Source: Zetaproteobacteria bacterium
Lineage (GTDB): Bacteria; Bdellovibrionota_B; Oligoflexia; Oligoflexales; Bog-1112
Reading direction: 5' to 3'
DNA: 46,300 bases
Assembly: GCA_028817975.1 (NCBI GenBank)
Contig: JAPPOJ010000070.1
Location: forward strand, 1 to 46,300
Part shown: one piece after another, positions 37,748 through 46,300 of the stretch
How positions within the stretch are numbered: the stretch's first letter is position 1
Layout of the letters: each line of letters starts with the position of its first letter
Made by a program: the position numbers and the translations under genes
Notes under the pieces: model-generated
Seen by the model: only the letters and a program-made list of their open reading frames with translations
Told to the model about the DNA's origin: nothing
The model's database searches: none

Positions 37748-38296
37748 GTGGGACGAAAAAATCCATTGGTTACTCTCCGTTATGCCAAGGCTCTTTTGCG
37801 TTTATGTGAAGGTCAAAGTGTGGATGCCGAAGGGGTGTACGCGTCACTCCACCAAGCAAGCCAGATTTTTGAGATTGACCAGGCACAGAAAGCTCTGGCG
37901 AGCCCTGCGATGCCCGAGAAGATTAAGCGTGAGTTGATTGAATTTGCGTTGTCCAAGGCATCTGTAAAAGAAACAATGGTACACAACTTCTGTTTCTTTC
38001 TTATTCAGCGCCAGAGAATTAGCTATTTGCCAGAAATTTGTGTGCAGTTGCAACAACTACTTGATGTGAAGCATGGACGTGTGCAGGTGACTTTAGAGCT
38101 GGCGGCGGAGGTCGATGACTGCACTCTTGTGCAGATTCAAGGAGAGCTGGAAAGCTTTTTCGAGAAAAGGGTTGTACTGCACAAAAAGATAGAGCCAGGT
38201 ATTTTGGGCGGCTTTGTTGCCACAGCGGGTTCGACTCAGTTGGATTGTAGTGTGGCAAAAAAACTTAAAGGATTGACTCAGCTTTCGAATTGGTGA
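37748..38296 (+). CDS. atpH: F0F1 ATP synthase subunit delta (OSCP)
   Basis: AAGGAG Shine-Dalgarno 6 nt before the GTG start. N-terminal LRYAKALLRL, C-terminal ILGGFVATAGSTQLDCSVAKKLKGL. Position before atpA. Confidence 0.85.
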   Translation: MGRKNPLVTLRYAKALLRLCEGQSVDAEGVYASLHQASQIFEIDQAQKALASPAMPEKIKRELIEFALSKASVKETMVHNFCFFLIQRQRISYLPEICVQLQQLLDVKHGRVQVTLELAAEVDDCTLVQIQGELESFFEKRVVLHKKIEPGILGGFVATAGSTQLDCSVAKKLKGLTQLSNW

Positions 38297-38360
38297 GCTT
38301 AAATATATGGTGTTGGTGTGTGCCAACGAGAACTCTTGATAGCTATAGTAGGAATAGATT

Positions 38361-39881
38361 ATGGAAAAGATTCGTGCGGATGAGGTCACCAAGATATTAG
38401 CTGACCATATTCAGAACTATAATGACCCTGTTGCCGTAGCGGAGACAGGTGTGGTGCTCTCTGTTGGGGACGGTATTGCCCGTATTTATGGCTTGGACAA
38501 GGCCATGTCGGGAGAACTTGTGGAATTTGCCTCTGGGGAGAAGGGAGTTGTACTCAATCTTGAGGAAGATAATGTTGGTGTTGCGGTATTAGGTTCCTGC
38601 ACACAAATTAAGGAGGGGGATCAGGTCACCCGGCTTGGGGAGATTAACTCTGTGCCGGTCGGAGAAGGTCTGCTTGGCCGTGTTGTCGATGCTCTGGGGG
38701 AGCCTTTAGACGGTAAAGGTGTGGTTGCGGGCAAGTCTCGCGAACCTGTGGAAGTGAAAGCCCCTGGCATTATTGCCCGTAAATCTGTGCATGAGCCTCT
38801 ACAAACAGGGATTAAATGTATTGATGCGATGACTCCGATCGGACGTGGCCAACGGGAACTCATTATTGGTGACCGTCAAACGGGCAAAACCGCTATCGCG
38901 ATTGACACGATCTTGAATCAGAAGGGCAAGGATGTCATCTGTGTTTATGTTGCAATTGGTCAAAAGGCTTCCACGATTGCACAACTTGTGAGTAAGTTAG
39001 AACGAGCCGGGGCAATGGAATATACGATTGTGGTGAACGCAACGGCTCTTGATCCTGCGCCGATGCAATTTTTGGCGCCTTACTCAGGCTGTCGTATGGC
39101 CGAGTATTTTAGGGATTCCGGGCGTCATGTTTGCATTGTATATGACGACTTGACGAAGCAGGCCGCAGCATATCGTGAATTGTCTTTGCTTTTACGTCGC
39201 CCCCCCGGCCGTGAAGCTTTCCCAGGAGATGTTTTCTATTTGCATTCTCGCCTATTGGAGCGTAGTTGTAAGTTGAATGATGACTTGGGCTCGGGCTCGA
39301 TTACGGCGCTTCCCATTATTGAGACGCAGGCGGGTGACATTTCGGCGTATATTCCTACCAACGTGATTTCGATTACCGATGGGCAGATCTTTTTAGAGTC
39401 AGACCTATTTTTTAGTGGTATCCGTCCAGCAATGAATGCAGGACAGTCCGTGTCTCGGGTAGGGGGAGCAGCTCAGTTACCTTGTATGAAAGCTGTTGCG
39501 GGTACACTGCGCTTAGAGTTAGCGCAGTACAATGAGCTGAAAGCCTTTGCTCAGTTTGGCTCTGATTTGGATGAAGCTACGCGCAAGACCTTACGTCGCG
39601 GTGAAGTACTTGTGGAAGTGCTCAAGCAACCGCAGTACTCTCCTTTGGATGTTGCCATGCAAGTCGTGGCGATTTATGCCGCAACGAAGGGGTATTTAGA
39701 TGACTTACCGACAGCCAAGATTCGTGAGTGGGAAGTGGAGTTAGCTGTAATCTTTAAAGACAAGTACTCTGATGTCATGCAAAAAATGAGAGAAGGGGTG
39801 AAGCTAAAAGAAGTGGAAGCAGCTCTCCAAGAGGCCATTGCAGCTCATTTGAAAGGGTTTAAGCAAAAATGCCAAGCCTAA
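38361..39881 (+). CDS. atpA: F0F1 ATP synthase subunit alpha
   Basis: Walker [37 protein letters not shown]. Confidence 0.97.
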   Translation: MEKIRADEVTKILADHIQNYNDPVAVAETGVVLSVGDGIARIYGLDKAMSGELVEFASGEKGVVLNLEEDNVGVAVLGSCTQIKEGDQVTRLGEINSVPVGEGLLGRVVDALGEPLDGKGVVAGKSREPVEVKAPGIIARKSVHEPLQTGIKCIDAMTPIGRGQRELIIGDRQTGKTAIAIDTILNQKGKDVICVYVAIGQKASTIAQLVSKLERAGAMEYTIVVNATALDPAPMQFLAPYSGCRMAEYFRDSGRHVCIVYDDLTKQAAAYRELSLLLRRPPGREAFPGDVFYLHSRLLERSCKLNDDLGSGSITALPIIETQAGDISAYIPTNVISITDGQIFLESDLFFSGIRPAMNAGQSVSRVGGAAQLPCMKAVAGTLRLELAQYNELKAFAQFGSDLDEATRKTLRRGEVLVEVLKQPQYSPLDVAMQVVAIYAATKGYLDDLPTAKIREWEVELAVIFKDKYSDVMQKMREGVKLKEVEAALQEAIAAHLKGFKQKCQA

Positions 39882-40741
39882 AAGATACGAAGCGCCGGAT
39901 TGCGAGCGTAAAAAACACCCAGAAGATTACGCGTGCCATGAAGTTGGTTTCTTCTGCCAAGTATGCAAAGGCAAATAAAATGATTGTGAATGCCTCACCA
40001 TATTTGGAAGCTTTTCAACAGACCGTTGCGCGTGTGGGTTCTGTAGAGAGCAGCAAAGACCTACAGCACCCTTTGATGTGTGTCCGCAAAGAGAAAAAAG
40101 TCTTGTTGATCCTGATCTCTTCTGACAGAGGGCTTTGTGGGGGGCTAAACTCTAATCTTTTTAAGAAGGCCGAGTCTTTTTTAGCACAGCAGGGTGCAGC
40201 CGGTGTGGACTGCAAATTGATGCTATGGGGAAAGCGTGCTAAGCTCTTTGGACAAAAATACGCGCCAGATGTCGTAGATGCTCAAGAGCGAGTGTTAGAG
40301 CAGGATCTTTTTGTTTTTGCGAAGCAGCGCAGTGAGATCTTGATGAGAGATTTTAAGGCGGAGGCTTTTGATGCCGTGTATATGTTGTATTCGCACTTTA
40401 AAAATGCGCTAACTCAGACCCCCACTGAGATGAAAGTTCTCCCAATAGCTGTGCCAGAGTTTGGAGAAGAGGCTGCAACGGTGTCTGTGGATATGGTGAC
40501 CGAGCCTTCTTCCCAAGCGCTTCTGGGATATTTATTGGAGCGCAAAATGGTCTTAGATATGTATCATGCGCTCCTGAGTGCACAGACCTCTGAACATGCC
40601 GCACGTATGACGGCGATGGACAGTGCGACACAAAATGCAGAGGAGGTGATTCGTTCGCTGACACTAATGTATAACCGCGCAAGACAAGCGGCGATCACCA
40701 AAGAGCTTATTGAAATTACGAGTGGAGCGGAAGCGCTCTAG
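39869..40741 (+). CDS. atpG: F0F1 ATP synthase subunit gamma
   Basis: N-terminal [26 protein letters not shown]-terminal [19 protein letters not shown]. Confidence 0.95.
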   Translation: MPSLKDTKRRIASVKNTQKITRAMKLVSSAKYAKANKMIVNASPYLEAFQQTVARVGSVESSKDLQHPLMCVRKEKKVLLILISSDRGLCGGLNSNLFKKAESFLAQQGAAGVDCKLMLWGKRAKLFGQKYAPDVVDAQERVLEQDLFVFAKQRSEILMRDFKAEAFDAVYMLYSHFKNALTQTPTEMKVLPIAVPEFGEEAATVSVDMVTEPSSQALLGYLLERKMVLDMYHALLSAQTSEHAARMTAMDSATQNAEEVIRSLTLMYNRARQAAITKELIEITSGAEAL

Positions 40742-42181
<1,440 letters not shown>

Positions 42182-42200
42182 TATGTCTTTGGATCTTTAA

Positions 42201-42638
42201 TTGAGTGAGAACGTGATGGACTCATCTTTTGAATTGCAGTTGATGTCACCTCATTCTCCTTTGGGCGCGTTGCGGGTGCAAAGCGTTAAAGTAGAAGCCT
42301 GGAATGGTCAGATCGGCATCCTTCCTGGGCATTGTGACACAGTTGTGCGTCTGAGTTCTGGAGTTGCTGAGCTTGTTTTAGCGGACTCTAAAGAGACGGT
42401 TTATTACTATTTGGGTGGTGGGGTGCTAGAAGTCATATCTGGTGTTGTATACCTTTTATGTGAGTTGGTACAGTCGACCTCTGAAATAGATAAGTCTCGT
42501 GCAGAAGAAGCAGAAAAACGTGCTCTAGAGCGCCTTGCGCAGACGACTCGCCGAGACATCGATATTATGCGTGCTCAGCAGGCGTTACGCCGTGCGCAGG
42601 CGAGAAAGAAATTGTTAGAAATAGATTCTTCTCGTTAA
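42201..42638 (+). CDS. atpC: F0F1 ATP synthase subunit epsilon (the start may be the ATG at 42216)
   Basis: GQIGILPGHCDTV motif, a C-terminal helical hairpin (AEEAEKRALERL), and position after atpD. Confidence 0.88.
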   Translation: MSENVMDSSFELQLMSPHSPLGALRVQSVKVEAWNGQIGILPGHCDTVVRLSSGVAELVLADSKETVYYYLGGGVLEVISGVVYLLCELVQSTSEIDKSRAEEAEKRALERLAQTTRRDIDIMRAQQALRRAQARKKLLEIDSSR

Positions 42639-42795
42639 CGTCCTCTAGGTCCTCGTCCGAGAGCTTCTCTGTGCGGCACGATCCTTTTAAGGATGGGTAG
42701 TTTCAAGCAAGGTACTTTTGACAGACTAGTGTTGTTTTTGCGGCTAGAGAAAGTGAGTGAGTTGGACAGAGTTATGGACTTTGGAGAAGGAATTT

Positions 42796-43941
42796 ATGAG
42801 CTATCGTCTCCCAGTGATTATTTGGGATGCTTTTGGGTTTAATTCTGGGCATGGAGGAATTAATAGCTATGCTGCGAGTATGGCAGCAGCAATGGGGCAG
42901 CAAAAAATCTGGCCACACGCTATCTGTACGCAAGATGCTCCCGTCGATTTCTTACCTGCGAAGCAATGCATACTTCTCCCTTCCTTCCCTTATCGTGTCT
43001 TAAAGCGCGTGAAGCTTTTGTGGCCACGTTTTGCATTTCGCCATGTTCGGCGTTTTTTGGGGGCGCAGAAGGCTATTTATCACGGCCTATCTAATGTGAA
43101 TTTACCCGTTTTCGACCGCTCCTTGAAACGTTCCAAGCAGGTACAGACCGTCTTGACAGTCCATGACTTGATTCCGCTGTTAGCAGGTTCCTCGGTGTCT
43201 TGCTCTTATCGTGAACAGTTTCGTGTGATGCTACGCAGTGCTTTGGATGCGGCAGATGCAATCGTCTGTGTATCTGATTGGACGAAAGATACGTTGCTGG
43301 ATCGAGCGTCGTATTTGGATAGTCGTGTGATCGTCATTCCGAATGCGAGGCCTTCCAATCATGAGATGATGGTTGAGGGGAAGGTCTTACCTAAGCAAGA
43401 GAGCGAAGTTCTTAAGTTATGCTACGTTGCGCGCTTTGATGTTTACAAGCAAATTCATCTGTTTGGGGATATTATTGAGTGCTTGGCGAAGCGCTGCAAG
43501 GTAGCTGCAGTGCTAGTCACGGACCGACGGGGGATGATGTTTGCACAACATGCCTTTAACCACTTGATCCAGAAAGGTATTTTGTCTGTCCAGGTGAGTC
43601 TTACAGAAGCGCAGTTGCGCCAGGTGTATCGTGATTCCTCGGTATATATACACCCGAGCTTGTTTGAGGGCTTTGGGCTTCCGGCGCTTGAGGCGCTGTG
43701 TGCTGGAACACCTGTTGTATTTCAGGGAGGAAGTGCACTGTCACAGATTTTACCCAAAAGCACCTGTGTGGAAATGAGAGATGCGAGTCCTGTGGAGAGT
43801 TGGGCAGATGCGGTGCTCCAAGCGCGGTTGAACTCATATTCGGAATTGTTTCGTAGTCAGGTGGCTTCTTTTGTGTGTGCCCAACCTACATGGGATGAAA
43901 ACGCAGCCAAACTACTCGATATCTACGCCCAACTTGCGTAG
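42796..43941 (+). CDS. Glycosyltransferase, GT4 (GT-B fold) family (ORF open from 42757)
   Basis: GGAGAAGGA Shine-Dalgarno before the ATG at 42796. C-terminal EX7E-type region PSLFEGFGLPALEALCAGTPVV. Confidence 0.85.
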   Translation: MSYRLPVIIWDAFGFNSGHGGINSYAASMAAAMGQQKIWPHAICTQDAPVDFLPAKQCILLPSFPYRVLKRVKLLWPRFAFRHVRRFLGAQKAIYHGLSNVNLPVFDRSLKRSKQVQTVLTVHDLIPLLAGSSVSCSYREQFRVMLRSALDAADAIVCVSDWTKDTLLDRASYLDSRVIVIPNARPSNHEMMVEGKVLPKQESEVLKLCYVARFDVYKQIHLFGDIIECLAKRCKVAAVLVTDRRGMMFAQHAFNHLIQKGILSVQVSLTEAQLRQVYRDSSVYIHPSLFEGFGLPALEALCAGTPVVFQGGSALSQILPKSTCVEMRDASPVESWADAVLQARLNSYSELFRSQVASFVCAQPTWDENAAKLLDIYAQLA

Positions 43942-44029
43942 CCTTTTCCTTAGCCTTGATTTGATATACTTAGGATACTTAAGAAGTTAAGGTCGTACTC
44001 TGTGAGTCTACAGGCTTGGAGGGCTTTTT

Positions 44030-45019
44030 TTGGTAAATAAAGCAGCACCTACGGTATTAGTGACAGGAAGCACTGGGTATCTTGGGCGTGCCTTGGTGAC
44101 CCAGTTGGGGTATCTTGGGGCTACGGTTGTAAGTATGTATCGCCACAAATTGCCCGAATCTTCCAAAAATGTATTTCCTGTATGTTCTAATCTGTCGAGT
44201 CAGGAGCTGCTCGCAGCTCCGCTAAGGGGAGTGGATGTCGTCGTCCACCTGGCTTGGGATCACCGCTTACCTACATCTGTAGAGGGTATAGGAGGAGAGA
44301 GCGGTACTGGAGAGATAGGGCAGAGTGCGAATGTGAGTGCTACCAGCTGTTTATTACGTGCGATGGATGATTTAAAGACCCCTAGGGTGATTCATGTGGG
44401 CGCCGTGGGCACGACTTGGGAAACGAAAGATGTTTTCATGGCTGAAAAATATGCTGTAGAAAGACTCATTTTGAATAGTAGGGTTTCTCAAAAAACCATT
44501 TTGCGTGCGGCTCCTGTTTTTGGAGGGGGAGATTTTTCTCGGGAGCCTTTTTTGCGTGCGGTTGCCAAACTTACGAAGTTTCCTGGTCTTTACCCGAAGT
44601 GTGGTAAAGATGTGCAGATATCTCCGGTTCATTTGCAAGATTTGACCGAGGCTATTGTAGCGCAGGTCTTTCAAGATCAGTGTGATCCTGTCCAGATTAT
44701 TCATCTTGAAGGCCCAGAGGCGTTAGGGCTGGAGACAGCTATTCGTTGGATTTTGGAAGCTCAGGGGCGGAGTGGACGTTTCTCGGTAGGAGGAACTATG
44801 GCCGACTGGCTAGAAAAAATATTGCAGAAAGATGTGGTAGGTGGTCACTCTTTGTCTAAGGCAGCAGACTTTAGAGCTTTTATGTCGCCTAAGTACCAAG
44901 TCGAGTTACAGCTTGAGGAGCGCAAGGGTGCCCGCTCATTGCGGGAATATATTTTTGAGTCTGTGGCTCGTGCGAAGGCGGTTGCAGCACAGACAGCTCG
45001 TCAGGTGTCCTCGGTTTAG
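44030..45019 (+). CDS. NAD(P)-binding Rossmann protein, atypical extended SDR / epimerase-dehydratase-like
   Basis: VLVTGSTGYLGRAL dinucleotide motif. The usual YxxxK appears as YAVER (Lys replaced by Arg). TTG start 6 nt after GGAGGG. Confidence 0.7.
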   Translation: MVNKAAPTVLVTGSTGYLGRALVTQLGYLGATVVSMYRHKLPESSKNVFPVCSNLSSQELLAAPLRGVDVVVHLAWDHRLPTSVEGIGGESGTGEIGQSANVSATSCLLRAMDDLKTPRVIHVGAVGTTWETKDVFMAEKYAVERLILNSRVSQKTILRAAPVFGGGDFSREPFLRAVAKLTKFPGLYPKCGKDVQISPVHLQDLTEAIVAQVFQDQCDPVQIIHLEGPEALGLETAIRWILEAQGRSGRFSVGGTMADWLEKILQKDVVGGHSLSKAADFRAFMSPKYQVELQLEERKGARSLREYIFESVARAKAVAAQTARQVSSV

Positions 45020-45129
45020 TCTCCTGCGAGAGCCATCTGTATGGTTCATTTGCTGCGTGGTGACTGAATATAGAATTTAAGGTGCGGAAATAATCTGTGG
45101 ATGTGCCTGATGCTGAGAGGAGATCGTGC

Positions 45130-46300
45130 ATGCAATCTCGACAGACGACGTATGTGCTTTTGGCTTTGTTGTTTGGCTTATGTACTGGGGTGCTCTTGAA
45201 CGTGTGTACGCTTCCAGAAAGCAGTGTGCGCTTGTTCTTGGTGGATGCTATCTTGGAGCCTACTGGCCGTGTTTTTGTGGCTTCCCTAAAAATGCTTGTT
45301 GTGCCTCTCGTTTTTACTTCTCTGGTCTGCGGTGTTGTTGGCTTGGAAGGGGTTCACAAGCTAGGCCGTATGGGTTTGAAGACTTTGGTGTTATACCTAT
45401 TGACCACAGCTCTCGGCTTGACCTTGGCCATTGGTATGGCGGTGGTCTTCCAGCCGGGGATTGGCTTTGATCTTCCTAGCGTGCTGTCGTATCAGCCACG
45501 TCCGTCACCTTCTTTGATGGAAGTGCTCGTGGGTATGGTGCCATCCAACCCTGTTCAAGCAGCCGCTGAGGGCAAGATGTTGCAGATTATTGTGTTTGCT
45601 CTGCTATTTGGTCTTGGTGTTTTGCAAATCAAAGCTAAGGTTCCAGTGATAGTCCGATTCTTGGAAGAGCTAAATGATGTCATGATGGGGATGGTGTCCA
45701 TGCTGCTTCGCTTGGCTCCTGTGGGTGTGTATGCGCTGATTGCTCAGGTTTTTGCGGATAAAGGGGTGCAGGCCTTTGCTCCATTGCTTCGCTATTTTTT
45801 GTTAGTTTTGTTTGTCTTGGCTATCCATGCTGTGACGGTCTACCCAATGCTGTTAAAGCTAGCGGGCTTGGATCCCTGGGCTTTTTTGCGGAAGGCGAAG
45901 TCGGTCGCTTTTTTTGCTTTATCTACGGCGAGCAGTAGTGCAACTATTCCGGTAACTTTGCAAACTCTAGATAAATCCTTTGGGGTTCCTCGTTCCATTG
46001 CCTCTTTTACGATCCCGCTGGGAGCTACGATTAATATGGATGGCACAGCCATTATGCAAGGAGTAGCTACCCTGTTTATTGCGCAGACATATCAGATATC
46101 CCTAGGGTTTACGGAATACCTTACGGTGATTTTCACGGCTACTTTAGCATCTGTGGGTGCGGCGGGCGTTCCAGGGGTGGGTTTGGTCACGTTGGCGATG
46201 GTTTTACGTCAGGTAGGTCTCCCGGTGGAAGGGATAGCTATGATTCTTGGAGTAGATAGAGCTTTAGACATGGTGCGTACGGCCGTGAATGTCGCAGGAG
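45130..46300 (+). CDS. Dicarboxylate/amino acid:cation symporter (DAACS, GltP/GltT-like), 3'-truncated by the window edge
   Basis: Hand translation from the ATG at 45130 (GAGAGGAG Shine-Dalgarno 7 nt upstream): MQSRQTTYVLLALLFGL...VASLKMLVVPLVFTSLVCGV, then later IPLGATINMDGTAIMQGVATLFIAQ and LDMVRTAVNVAG. The frame stays open to the end of the window and is absent from the ORF track because it has no stop. Confidence 0.9.
   Translation, partial: MQSRQTTYVLLALLFGLCTGVLLNVCTLPESSVRLFLVDAILEPTGRVFVASLKMLVVPLVFTSLVCGVVGLEGVHKLGRMGLKTLVLYLLTTALGLTLAIGMAVVFQPGIGFDLPSVLSYQPRPSPSLMEVLVGMVPSNPVQAAAEGKMLQIIVFALLFGLGVLQIKAKVPVIVRFLEELNDVMMGMVSMLLRLAPVGVYALIAQVFADKGVQAFAPLLRYFLLVLFVLAIHAVTVYPMLLKLAGLDPWAFLRKAKSVAFFALSTASSSATIPVTLQTLDKSFGVPRSIASFTIPLGATINMDGTAIMQGVATLFIAQTYQISLGFTEYLTVIFTATLASVGAAGVPGVGLVTLAMVLRQVGLPVEGIAMILGVDRALDMVRTAVNVAG

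Noticed and set aside
45096-45104. DnaA-box-like TGTGGATGT upstream of the symporter gene
   Set aside because: It is a single imperfect copy far from dnaA/dnaN, with no cluster of boxes or AT-rich unwinding element nearby.
45126-45470. Listed 114-aa + strand ORF at the start of the last gene
   Set aside because: It is in the wrong frame. The frame starting at the ATG at 45130 has a good Shine-Dalgarno and gives an unmistakable DAACS symporter (LKMLVVPLVF, PLGATINMDGTA). That frame stays open to the window end. The 45126 ORF is Cys/Trp-rich frame noise.

Overview
This window is an origin-proximal core-genome segment, almost entirely on the + strand, from a Gram-negative bacterium. The Gram-negative call rests on a KdsD/KpsF Kdo-pathway isomerase, lipobox lipoproteins and a DNPR-type MurE. 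The ATP synthase layout (b-prime, b, delta, alpha, gamma, beta, epsilon) is one I associate with delta-proteobacteria-like lineages. All family calls come from motif recognition by eye; no searches were run.

Gene order:
- dnaN (5' partial), gyrB, gyrA, a cytosolic beta-lactamase-fold hydrolase, a DAO-family flavoprotein, then ftsW, murC, ftsQ, ftsA, ftsZ and a strong terminator.
- A Wzt/Wzm-type ABC exporter.
- On the minus strand: kdsD, an FtsK-N-terminal-only membrane protein and a small secreted protein.
- An FHA/HD-GYP phosphodiesterase.
- On the minus strand: two paralogous acidic LysM lipoproteins.
- rsmH, ftsL, ftsI, murE, murF, mraY, murD.
- An orphan 503-aa putative lipoprotein, then a 625-bp unexplained gap.
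- A multi-S1-domain protein (rpsA-like).
- The ATP synthase F1/stator operon.
- A GT4 glycosyltransferase, an atypical SDR and a DAACS symporter (3' partial; the ORF track misses it because it has no stop).

I saw no rRNA or tRNA genes, CRISPR array, transposase, integrase, or recognisable defence or toxin-antitoxin genes.

Most notable observations:
1. The dcw cluster is split exactly at the murD|ftsW junction, with the distal half placed upstream. mraZ, murG and ddl are missing from their canonical positions.
2. The ~8.8 kb between the two halves carries lineage-specific envelope and signalling genes: the FtsK 4TM-only protein, the FHA/HD-GYP protein and the twin LysM lipoproteins. These could form a division-associated accessory module.
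3. The orphan lipoprotein after murD carries a conserved module of unknown function.
4. A translationally coupled cytosolic serine hydrolase and flavoprotein pair lies between gyrA and ftsW.

None of these is a demonstrated new system; they are hypotheses from gene context.
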